Shown here: piece after piece, positions 8,798 to 17,120 of the stretch | Position numbering within the stretch: position 1 is the first letter of the stretch | How the letters are laid out: every line of letters starts with the position of its first letter | Origin: an uncultured Thermococci archaeon | GTDB lineage: Archaea; CAYQAE01; CAYVLA01 | Assembly: GCA_964549615.1 (NCBI GenBank) | Contig: CAZJVP010000044.1 | Coordinates: forward strand, 1-42,626 | Length of the DNA stretch: 42,626 bases | Direction: 5' to 3' | Made by a program: the position numbers and the translations under genes | The notes under the pieces: model-generated | Databases searched by the model: none | Told to the model about the DNA's origin: nothing | Seen by the model: the letters and a program-made list of their open reading frames with translations, nothing else

Positions 8798-11191
8798 ATG
8801 ACGCGTTGCCCGAAGCGACTCTTCCCAACGGATCTCCCCGGCCCCGAGTGGTCCACCTTCCGGGCCTGCGGTTTCTCCAAGCCGGCGTGCGGGGTCGTCT
8901 ACCGCCTCCGAGACACCGTCACGAACGGCATGCCGCTCGGCGGGGTGGATACGGGTTGCATCGATCTTGAGACGACGGGCCTGCTGGGATACTGCACGAT
9001 CTTCAACACGCACGTGCCCAGGCGGGGGCCCATCAACCTTCCCCTCCTCGGACTCAGCGTCGACGGCCGGACGACTGTTCTCTGCCACCCCGCACCGAAG
9101 AGGGGTGCCGGAGGCTGGCAGTGCTCTGAGGCCGGACGCCCGTACAACATATGGCGCGGCACAGGGGAGGTCAGGGCGGATCAACCCATCACGCCCATGC
9201 CGACCGAACTCAAACTGGGCTGCCTTGAGACCGCCAAGGAGATCCACTACTGGGGTCACTACCCTGTAGCCGACCTTGAGTTTGAGCTCTCCGGTCCCGC
9301 CGGGGCTGGGCTCAGAGCGTGGGCGCCCTTCCTTCCAGGCAACGTCGTTGACTCGATGATCCCGGGAGCCGTATTTGAGCTCTACCTGCGAAACCTGACA
9401 AGCCGAGCCCAGCGCGTGACCGCTGCCATCTCCTTTCCCGGTCCCACCTGCCTCGAGGCAGGGGGTGAAGTCTTCACGCGGAGGGTGCTGAGATCGATCA
9501 TCCGGGGCGTAGAGGTCCGGGCTCCGAAGGCCTGCTATCTGTTGGGAGTCCTGGGCAAACAGAAGTCGCGCTGGGGCGGCGAGCTAGGTGCAGAGGAGAG
9601 TGCATGGTCGCAGATCGAAGCCCGACTCCCGCAGGCCGATGCAAAGGACCCAGGCGCGTCGGTCGCAGCCGACGTGAGGATCCCAGGAAGGAAGGCCACC
9701 AAGGTCAGGTTCATCCTTACCTGGCACGCTCCGCAATGGAACGCTGGCGGCTACAACTGGGCGGGAGCCGAACACACATTCACCCACATGTATGCGAAGT
9801 ACTACACGTCCGCAAGATCCGCGGCGACGAGGCTCGCCCGGGAACACGGATCGCTGCTCCGCCGAATACTCAGCTGGCAGCAGGTCGTCTACTCGGATCA
9901 AACCCTGCCGGTGTGGCTGCGGGAATCCTTGGTGAACGTGCTGCACATGATAGCCGAGGATGGTCTGTGGGCGCAGGCCAAGCCACCCATTCCGGGCTGG
10001 GCGAAACCACGCGACGGCCTCTTCGGGATGAACGAGTGTCCGCGCGGCTGTCCCCAGATCGAATGCATACCATGCTCCTTCTACGGCAACCAGCCGATCG
10101 TCTACTTCTTCCCCCAGCTTGCGCTCTCGACGCTGCGCGGGTACAAGGGCTACCAGTACCCGGACGGTGCCCCGCCTTGGATATTCGGTGGCTGTACTGG
10201 CAAGACGCCGCCCATCGACTTTGCCAACCCGACCCGGGGGTACCAGTTCGCCACCAACGGCATCTCGCTTTCAGCCATCGTCGATCGGTACCTGCTGTGC
10301 CACGGCACCAAGAGCCTCCTGAACGAGTTTTACCCCGTGGTGAAACGCAGCACCATCCACACCGTCAACCTCCGGACGACTCCCTCGTATTCGATGGGCG
10401 ACAGGATCATCGCCATGCCCAACCCTGATTCGGACGAGACGGCCAAGCCACCGACCGAGTGGTTTGAGGCGCCTGAGCCGGGCTGGTTCGGCATGACCGC
10501 ACATGTCGGTGGGCTTCACCTCGCCGAGCTCAGGATAGCCGAGCGCATGGCAAGGCAGGCGGGAGACCGGGAGTTTGCCCGCACGTGTTCAGACTGGATC
10601 GCCGCGGGTGTCCAGAGCATGGAGAAGCTCTGGGCAGGCAGCTACTACCTCAACTACCTTGACCCAGAAACCGGGAAAAGGTCGGATCTGGTCTTCGGCT
10701 ACCAGATGGACGGCGAGTGGATCATAAAACACCATGGCCTCTCCCCCGCACTGCCGGAGAACCGGATCAAGACGGCGTTGGAGACCATAAAGCACTTCAA
10801 CGTCGCGCTGAGCAGATACGGGGCCGTCAACTATGCAAACCCCGACGGCTCGGCGGCCAAGGTCGGTGGATACGGAACCTATTCCTTCTTTCCGCCCGAG
10901 GCCATCATGCTAGCGATGACCTACATGTATTATGGGCAGAGGGAGTTCGGCCTTGAGCTCGCCCGCAAGGTGTGGCACAACATCGTTTGCCTGAGGGGAT
11001 ACACCTGGGATATGCCCAACATAATGCGAGGGGATGCCGACACGGGTGAGAGAACCTATGGCAACGACTACTACCAAGACATGATGCTCTGGTCGTTGCC
11101 GGCGGCCATCCTCGGACAGGACTTCTCGGGCCCAACCAAGCGGGGCGGGCTAGTTGCAAGAATCATCCGAGCGGCGCGACGGATGAAGTGA
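8798..11191 (+). CDS. GH116 family glycoside hydrolase (beta-glucosidase/glucosylceramidase-like)
   Basis: N-terminal GMPLGGVDTGCI, YWGHYPVADL, LPVWLRESLVN, FGMNEC, KLWAGSYY, QMDGEW, C-terminal DYYQDMMLW. Start likely ATG 8798 (ORF track gives 8720). No signal peptide. Confidence 0.8.
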   Translation: MTRCPKRLFPTDLPGPEWSTFRACGFSKPACGVVYRLRDTVTNGMPLGGVDTGCIDLETTGLLGYCTIFNTHVPRRGPINLPLLGLSVDGRTTVLCHPAPKRGAGGWQCSEAGRPYNIWRGTGEVRADQPITPMPTELKLGCLETAKEIHYWGHYPVADLEFELSGPAGAGLRAWAPFLPGNVVDSMIPGAVFELYLRNLTSRAQRVTAAISFPGPTCLEAGGEVFTRRVLRSIIRGVEVRAPKACYLLGVLGKQKSRWGGELGAEESAWSQIEARLPQADAKDPGASVAADVRIPGRKATKVRFILTWHAPQWNAGGYNWAGAEHTFTHMYAKYYTSARSAATRLAREHGSLLRRILSWQQVVYSDQTLPVWLRESLVNVLHMIAEDGLWAQAKPPIPGWAKPRDGLFGMNECPRGCPQIECIPCSFYGNQPIVYFFPQLALSTLRGYKGYQYPDGAPPWIFGGCTGKTPPIDFANPTRGYQFATNGISLSAIVDRYLLCHGTKSLLNEFYPVVKRSTIHTVNLRTTPSYSMGDRIIAMPNPDSDETAKPPTEWFEAPEPGWFGMTAHVGGLHLAELRIAERMARQAGDREFARTCSDWIAAGVQSMEKLWAGSYYLNYLDPETGKRSDLVFGYQMDGEWIIKHHGLSPALPENRIKTALETIKHFNVALSRYGAVNYANPDGSAAKVGGYGTYSFFPPEAIMLAMTYMYYGQREFGLELARKVWHNIVCLRGYTWDMPNIMRGDADTGERTYGNDYYQDMMLWSLPAAILGQDFSGPTKRGGLVARIIRAARRMK

Positions 11192-11204
11192 TCGTCGCTC
11201 AGCT

Positions 11205-11658
11205 TCGGCCGCCCTCTTCCGCGAGTTCGTAGTCCCGCACTATAGGGAGTTGACCAGATTCGTGCGAAGGCACGGGATAGACTTCGTCTTCGTCGGCTGT
11301 GAAGGGTTCGTCGAGGGGGTTGTGAGCCTCCTACACTCGGGGGAGTCAACGCGCTAGAAGCCTTCGAGGTTTTGGGCGGGAAACGACGTCCCGCGCGTCC
11401 CGGAGGCCCATCCAGGTTTCGTCATCAAGGCGAGGGCTACACAAGTTCGCCATGGGCGCTCCAGATCCCGCGAGGGCACTTCGTGAAATTGACCAGAATG
11501 TCCTCGTCCCGCTTCGGGAAAGGGGCTATTTTCCAGGCATCGACCACGGGCTGCCGCCAAGCACCTACTGGCGGACCTATCTTCAGTTCATGAGGCGCCT
11601 TCGCCATCTGTGCCGGAATCAGGAGGGAAGCCTTAATCAGCTCATCGTACAGCCATAG
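11205..11658 (+). pseudogene. Decayed 3' remnant of a UroD/MtaA-CmuA family gene
   Basis: Stitching three frameshifts (about 11339-11343, 11381-11383, 11428-11436) gives ALFREFVVPHYRELTRFVRRHGIDFVFVGCEG...GVNALEAFEVLGGNDV...HPGFVI..GLHKFAM...REIDQNVLVPLRERGYFPGIDHGLPP. This aligns by eye with the C-half of the intact gene at 33060-34250. Confidence 0.8.
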
Positions 11659-11749
11659 CTAAGGCGTCCATCCACGCCGCGGCACCGCAACCGAACTTGA
11701 TTGACAGATCCAAGCCGCTAGAGAGCCACTGATGGGAGAGGTTATGTGC

Positions 11750-14272
11750 ATGGAAGGCCAAACGTACACTGGCAGCGATTTCATCGCCAGAGGCGCCAAG
11801 CGAGTGGCAGTCATCATAGGCGCGGGCGCATCCGGACCGGAGAAGATGGCGGCCGATCTTTTGGCTCGGCGCATCGGCAGTAGAAGCAGACTCGACATCC
11901 GGTTGGCCACCGAGGCAACGCAGGAGGCCAAGAACGCCGTCCACAACGCCGACCTGGTGATGGTGATCGGGTCCACGAGGAGCAACGGGCTACTGAGGTC
12001 CTGCGGCGAACTCCGGCTTCCGATGCTCCCGAACTCAAACAGGCCCCACCCCGAGGGCTATTTCGTCAGAACCTTGCGCATGGAGGGGAAGCCGTACATC
12101 CTGATTGCGGGAGCGGACGAGAGAGGGACGCTCTACGGCGCCGGAGCCGTCCTCCGCCTTTTGACCTACCACCAACACAGCCTCGATGCCCCGGTCATGG
12201 ACCTGGCCGACAAGCCATGCTTCTGGCTTAGGGGATCCGAGGTCTCGGCAGGCGGGCCGCGAAGCGCCGCGATCGAGCAAGGCCACATGCGTCCTCAGAC
12301 GAGGGATGAGCTGCATCGGATCACGGAGGACCTGATGCTCCTCGGAGCAAACATCTTCGCCGGCGACGATGAGTTCGTCAGATCGTACGGCATGATGACG
12401 TATGGCGGGTGCGTGGCCAACGCGCTGCCTACCTTCCCGCCAGAATGGGCGGCCGTGCCGGCCACTTCCCTCCACGTCCGTGTGATGACTTATTTTCAGA
12501 GGAGCTTCGTCTGTCCTTCGAACCCGGAGGCGAGGCGAGCGCTTTTGACGCACTACGAGAAGATGTTCCGGGACGGCCCTGCCTACGATGTCTTCACGAC
12601 GAACTCGGGAGATGTGGGTGGCTGCAACTGCGAAAGATGCACGCCCTGGGGCGGAACCTACATCAGGCTCGTGCACGAGATGGCGGAAATCCTGCACAGG
12701 TACCACCCCAACTGCAAGCTCATGGCGACCAATCAGAACCTCACCAACGAAGGCAACCAAGCCATGCTGGATTACATCAGGGACCACCCATCGGGATGGC
12801 TGTACGCGCTAAGGTACTCGCCAGGTAGCAACGAGATGGACACCTACAACAGGGGGCCGGTGAACCCGAGGTGGTTCGAGTACGAGGGTTTCGGCCCCTT
12901 GGGGAACTACCTGAAAAACATCCACCACCAACTCCCGCCCGCAACGAGTGTGGCCCTGTTCACCGATGTCACCCACTGGATTCTTTCCCAGAACGGCGTG
13001 CAGAGGCCCGATGTTGCCCTAGCAGCGGTCTATGGCCGCCGAGCATGGAACGCAAGGCCCAGGGCATTGCACAGGGTCGCCACGGAGCTCCTGCACTATG
13101 CAGTCGGCGACATGTTCTACAGCGAGGGTCTCCACGACGACTTCAACAAGTGGTTCTGGTACCGGATGCTGTGGAACCCGCAACTGCGCGCGGACCAGAT
13201 CACCCGCGAATACTGCAGGTACTGGTTCGGCGAGGACGCCGAGCAGGAGATGGCGGAGGCCATCTTCCTCATGGAGGAGAACCTCGAAAGGCCGGTCCGT
13301 GGAAACCGCGGCATGGAGAAAGCCATCAAGCTCCTCCGCTCCGCGTGGAGGAAGATTCCGGCCAACCTGCTGAGGGACGACTACCGATGGCGAACGATCA
13401 TGCAGAAGGCCCTTCTGGACCGCTACATTCAGCTTTGGCTGGAGAGAGGCGACGAACTCAAACGGAAGGCCTCTTCCTTGCTTCAGCACGCAGCCTCCTC
13501 CGGCGACCCGCGGCCCAACATCGAGAAGGCTTTGGAGATCCTGACCCAGCCGCAGGAAACCGAGGAGATGCGCATCATCAAGGATGAAGTCAAGAGATTG
13601 GGGGAGGAAACCAACCGGATCATCGGCTACAGGGAACCCGCCTACTTCACCGCCGGCGACTACGACATCACCGAGATCGGCTGGTGGACGAAAGCACTCA
13701 AGGATGCCCTTGCGGAAGGAGACGAGTGCGCGATGAGGAACGCGGCCGGGATGGTCCTCCGGTACGAGGATCCGGGCGAGGGGGGCATTTACGAGCGAGC
13801 CGGGTGGCCATGGGGGTCAAGCCACCTCCTAGAGGAGAGCAACATCCTCGGATTCTTCCCGTTCACCGGGCCGGCGAAGATGGGCCATTACGGCATGGCC
13901 TACTCCTGGGGAAGGAAAGACTCGCACCTAACCTTCGTCTACAAGGGACTCGATCCGGAGGCGCAGTACGTGCTCAGGCTATCGACGGGTTTCCACTGCG
14001 AGGGACTTGAGAAGGTCATAGGCGAAGGGGCCGTCCAGACCCTAGAGCTCAACGGAGAACTCCTTTGTGACAATCTGCCGCTCAGGCTTGGGCGGCTGGA
14101 GCTGAATGAATTTGACCTCCCAAAGAACCTAACCAAGCAGGGGGTCGCCAGCATCGTCTTGCGCGCCGGGAAGGGATTCCCAATCGCTGGCGTATCCGAA
14201 ATCTGGCTTATGAGGAAGGACAAGATGCACTGGACCTCCAGGTCGGAGGAGCGCAACCATTCAAGCTCCTAG
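11750..14272 (+). CDS. Large putative glycoside hydrolase with a GH20/GH67-type N-terminal domain, family unassigned
   Basis: PEGYFVRT...ILIAGADERGTLYGAGAVLRLL is typical of the GH20 domain-2/GH67 N-domain. Also GDVGGCNCERC, YSEGLHDD and a likely C-terminal beta-sandwich. Start uncertain (11732-11750). Confidence 0.65.
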   Translation: MEGQTYTGSDFIARGAKRVAVIIGAGASGPEKMAADLLARRIGSRSRLDIRLATEATQEAKNAVHNADLVMVIGSTRSNGLLRSCGELRLPMLPNSNRPHPEGYFVRTLRMEGKPYILIAGADERGTLYGAGAVLRLLTYHQHSLDAPVMDLADKPCFWLRGSEVSAGGPRSAAIEQGHMRPQTRDELHRITEDLMLLGANIFAGDDEFVRSYGMMTYGGCVANALPTFPPEWAAVPATSLHVRVMTYFQRSFVCPSNPEARRALLTHYEKMFRDGPAYDVFTTNSGDVGGCNCERCTPWGGTYIRLVHEMAEILHRYHPNCKLMATNQNLTNEGNQAMLDYIRDHPSGWLYALRYSPGSNEMDTYNRGPVNPRWFEYEGFGPLGNYLKNIHHQLPPATSVALFTDVTHWILSQNGVQRPDVALAAVYGRRAWNARPRALHRVATELLHYAVGDMFYSEGLHDDFNKWFWYRMLWNPQLRADQITREYCRYWFGEDAEQEMAEAIFLMEENLERPVRGNRGMEKAIKLLRSAWRKIPANLLRDDYRWRTIMQKALLDRYIQLWLERGDELKRKASSLLQHAASSGDPRPNIEKALEILTQPQETEEMRIIKDEVKRLGEETNRIIGYREPAYFTAGDYDITEIGWWTKALKDALAEGDECAMRNAAGMVLRYEDPGEGGIYERAGWPWGSSHLLEESNILGFFPFTGPAKMGHYGMAYSWGRKDSHLTFVYKGLDPEAQYVLRLSTGFHCEGLEKVIGEGAVQTLELNGELLCDNLPLRLGRLELNEFDLPKNLTKQGVASIVLRAGKGFPIAGVSEIWLMRKDKMHWTSRSEERNHSSS

Positions 14273-14424
14273 GCCTGGACGTCGTTTGGGGGTTGCAGAT
14301 GTCCGTCGAAGTCTAGCAAAACCCCGAATCCCTGTGGAAGTGATCCGGAAGGGCAAGATAGCACCCCGAGAGGAAACTAAAGCTTTTTCCTCTGGCCGCC
14401 TTCTTCCTTTACGGGGAAGCACTC

Positions 14425-14781
14425 TTGGCCAGGCAGAGAGAAGTGAAGCAAGGGCATAGTTGGAATCGGGTTTTCTGGCTTGGCTTCCCGGCCATCATTG
14501 CGTTGTCTTGGACCAACCAGATCATCCAGCACATCTTGCCTGCCCTTGTGTTCTACGGGGCAAGCCTCGTATGGATTCTCTGCGGCGTCAAATCGATATG
14601 CAGGACCACGCGCGAAAGCGGGCTGCTGACCACGTATGCAAGGTTCTCTGCTTCCATGGGCTTCGCAGCGCTCGTTGCGGTCGGCCTGCTTGCAGTGCAG
14701 ACCCTGGGAACCCTGGGACACCTTTCCGCGCTTGCCTTCTGGTTGGGGCTCCACCTGCTCGCCAGAGCCCTCTTGGCCTAG
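14425..14781 (+). CDS. Small hypothetical membrane protein (about 4 TM)
   Basis: Four hydrophobic stretches, and it fills the gap between two + strand genes. No recognised family. Confidence 0.45.
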   Translation: MARQREVKQGHSWNRVFWLGFPAIIALSWTNQIIQHILPALVFYGASLVWILCGVKSICRTTRESGLLTTYARFSASMGFAALVAVGLLAVQTLGTLGHLSALAFWLGLHLLARALLA

Positions 14782-14934
14782 CTGACTCGGATGGCGGCAC
14801 AGCCCCTATCGCCCTCGCATCGCCAGCATGTATGCTTGTGTGGCAGGCAGCATGCTAGGTCGAGGCTCGGCCATCCCGGAGGCCCTCGATCCATCGTAGA
14901 AAGACTTATGTTGCTGCAGTCGGATGCGGAGGGG

Positions 14935-15882
14935 ATGGCAAACGCGAGAGTGCGGCTGGGTCGAACATCTCTTAAGGTCAGCCCGATCTGCTTCGGCTGC
15001 TGGCAAATGGGTCAGACCTATTGGGGCAAGATCCCGGAAGAAGACCTCATAGCGGCCGTTAAGCGGTCGCTCGAGCTCGGCATAAACTTCTTCGACACTG
15101 CAGACGCCTACGGCAACGGGACGGCCGAGAGGATCTTGGGCAAGGCGCTTCAGGGCTATGACCGGGAATCCTTCGTGGTGGCAACTAAAGTCTACCACCA
15201 CTGGTACGAGGATTCGTGGAGGCACCCGGACCTGTCCTACGACTACATCGTATGGGAATGCGAGCAGTCCTGCAAGCGCCTCGGCCTTGACTACATCGAT
15301 CTTTACCAGGCACACCAGTTCGATGTCCTGACGCATCCGAGGGAGACCGCGCGGGCCTTCGAGTACCTGAAGGAGGAGGGAAGAATACGGTACGCAGGGT
15401 GCAGCAACTACAACGCCGAGCAACTTCGGACAGCGCTCAAGTTCGGGAGGATGGACAGCGTCCAGCCCAGGTACAACCTGCTCCAGACAGAGGCTGAGGA
15501 AACCCTGTTCCCGCTCTGCCTGGCCGAGGAAGTGGCAGTCCTGACCTACTCTTCGCTAGCACAGGGGCTGCTGACGGGCAAGTTCACCGGTGAGGAAACT
15601 TTCACGGACGTCCGCAAGGATAACCCACTCTTCAAAGGGGAGGGCTTCAAGAGGAACGTCGAGAAGGTCAACCGCCTGAAGCCCATCGCATCCGAGTTGG
15701 GCCTTTCCGTCACCCAGCTTGTACTGAGGGCTACTATCTCGCATCCCGCCGTCACCAGCGCCATCGTGGGGATCAAGCGCCCCGAGCAGATAGAGGAAGT
15801 CGCCGGAGCAATAGGGGAGTCCGGGTGGACCCTCTCGCGCAAGGACTACTACCGCGTCCGACAGGCTTTGGCAAAGGAATAG
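14935..15882 (+). CDS. Aldo/keto reductase
   Basis: LGRTSLKVSPICFGCW, GINFFDTADAYGNG, VVATKV, LGLDYIDLYQAH, GRIRYAGCSN, VQPRYNLL, YSSLAQGLLTGK. Start at ATG 14935 after GGAGGGG. Confidence 0.93.
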   Translation: MANARVRLGRTSLKVSPICFGCWQMGQTYWGKIPEEDLIAAVKRSLELGINFFDTADAYGNGTAERILGKALQGYDRESFVVATKVYHHWYEDSWRHPDLSYDYIVWECEQSCKRLGLDYIDLYQAHQFDVLTHPRETARAFEYLKEEGRIRYAGCSNYNAEQLRTALKFGRMDSVQPRYNLLQTEAEETLFPLCLAEEVAVLTYSSLAQGLLTGKFTGEETFTDVRKDNPLFKGEGFKRNVEKVNRLKPIASELGLSVTQLVLRATISHPAVTSAIVGIKRPEQIEEVAGAIGESGWTLSRKDYYRVRQALAKE

Positions 15883-16070
15883 GCATCGAAGCGACGTCAG
15901 GATCATCGCTTGACCGTCGGCCGCGCGATCGCCGGCGCAATCACCTATCTGATATCGGGAACGCTCACACCGACGCGGGGCCCCACAATTGGGCGTGCGC
16001 AACAAGGAAGTGCCTTTAGATCGCCTGAAGGAAGGAGGTCCCACGTTCAGCCCGCTTTTCCCTGGAGATG

Positions 16071-16098
16071 TGGACCGCGCGCGCAGGTCCATTTTTTT
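16071..16098 (+). terminator. Hairpin plus T7 tract, terminator-like
   Basis: TGGACC-GCGCGCGCA-GGTCCA followed by TTTTTTT, between the convergent AKR and DUF72 genes. Confidence 0.4.
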
Positions 16099-16281
16099 CG
16101 AGAAGCCGAACCGGTCGAGAAGATGGCGAGGATCTGCCCAAGCTTCCCAGGTGGGCAGGCCGATGACGATCCGCAGCAGACCTCTGGTAGGCTCAGGCAA
16201 GGCCTCAAGACCAGCTTCGGCGCCGAGTGAAAAACGAATCGCCCACGGGAAAGGGAAAGGACCACGTTCGCCGGCACACCC

Positions 16282-17025
16282 TCACGGCCCAGCACCGGAG
16301 GGCCGGAGCATCCCAAGGAACCTCCTTGCGTCATCATACATCTCGTAGTTGTTGAAGAAGATGTAGCCCCCGTCCTTCAGGTAGGGGCGGGAAAGCTCCA
16401 TCAGTCTGCGAAGATCATCCTCCGAGTACTTGTAGTCATACATCCTCTTTCCCAGGCCGTGCAGCCTGAAGTAGAAGAAGCCCTCCACGTGCGCCGGACG
16501 TTCCTTGAAGATGTCCACCGCATGGGTGGCCCCCTGTTCGCAAAGCAGCTTGGCAAGATCGGATCGAGCTTGGGGCGTGCTCCACGACTGCCCCCTGGTT
16601 TCCCACGCGACCCGAACCTTTGGGATCTTGAGGTTTTCGAGAAGGTCCTTCGCCGCCGCGATGGATTCCTGGGAATGGCACAGGCTCGCCGGAGTCTGAA
16701 GCAACAAAACCTCAGCGCCGATCGCTCGGCAGGCCTCCGACATCCTCTCGATGCAGTCCAAAACTTGCTTGTTCACCGCCAATCGATGCACATGCGTGAT
16801 GTCTTTGTGAGCCTTGATCGTGAAGCTGAACTTTGGGCCGACGGTCTGCCTCCAGGCCCGGTAGGTCGCCTCCCTGTGGTACTGGTAGAACGAGCTGTTG
16901 ATCTCCACGGAGTCGAAGATCCGGGCGTAACTTTCAAGCAGGGAGGCCCCCTCGCGATCCTCCTTAGGCACGACAAGCCCGATCCTATTCCACCCGCAGC
17001 ACCCAACCCTCACCCTCGCTCGCAA
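16282..17025 (-). CDS. DUF72 (YecE-like) family protein
   Basis: RVGCCGW, YARIFDSVEINSSFY, FTIKAHKDITH, LLLQTPAS, AWETRG, YFRLHG, YIFFNN. Confidence 0.92.
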   Translation of the reverse strand: MRARVRVGCCGWNRIGLVVPKEDREGASLLESYARIFDSVEINSSFYQYHREATYRAWRQTVGPKFSFTIKAHKDITHVHRLAVNKQVLDCIERMSEACRAIGAEVLLLQTPASLCHSQESIAAAKDLLENLKIPKVRVAWETRGQSWSTPQARSDLAKLLCEQGATHAVDIFKERPAHVEGFFYFRLHGLGKRMYDYKYSEDDLRRLMELSRPYLKDGGYIFFNNYEMYDDARRFLGMLRPSGAGP

Positions 17026-17120
17026 CCTCTCACCCGCCAGGCATGAAGTACATTACAACCCGCGGATTCCGACAAACGCTCCGACCCTCCTAGCCGTGGA
17101 ATACGCTCACCTTGGAAAGC

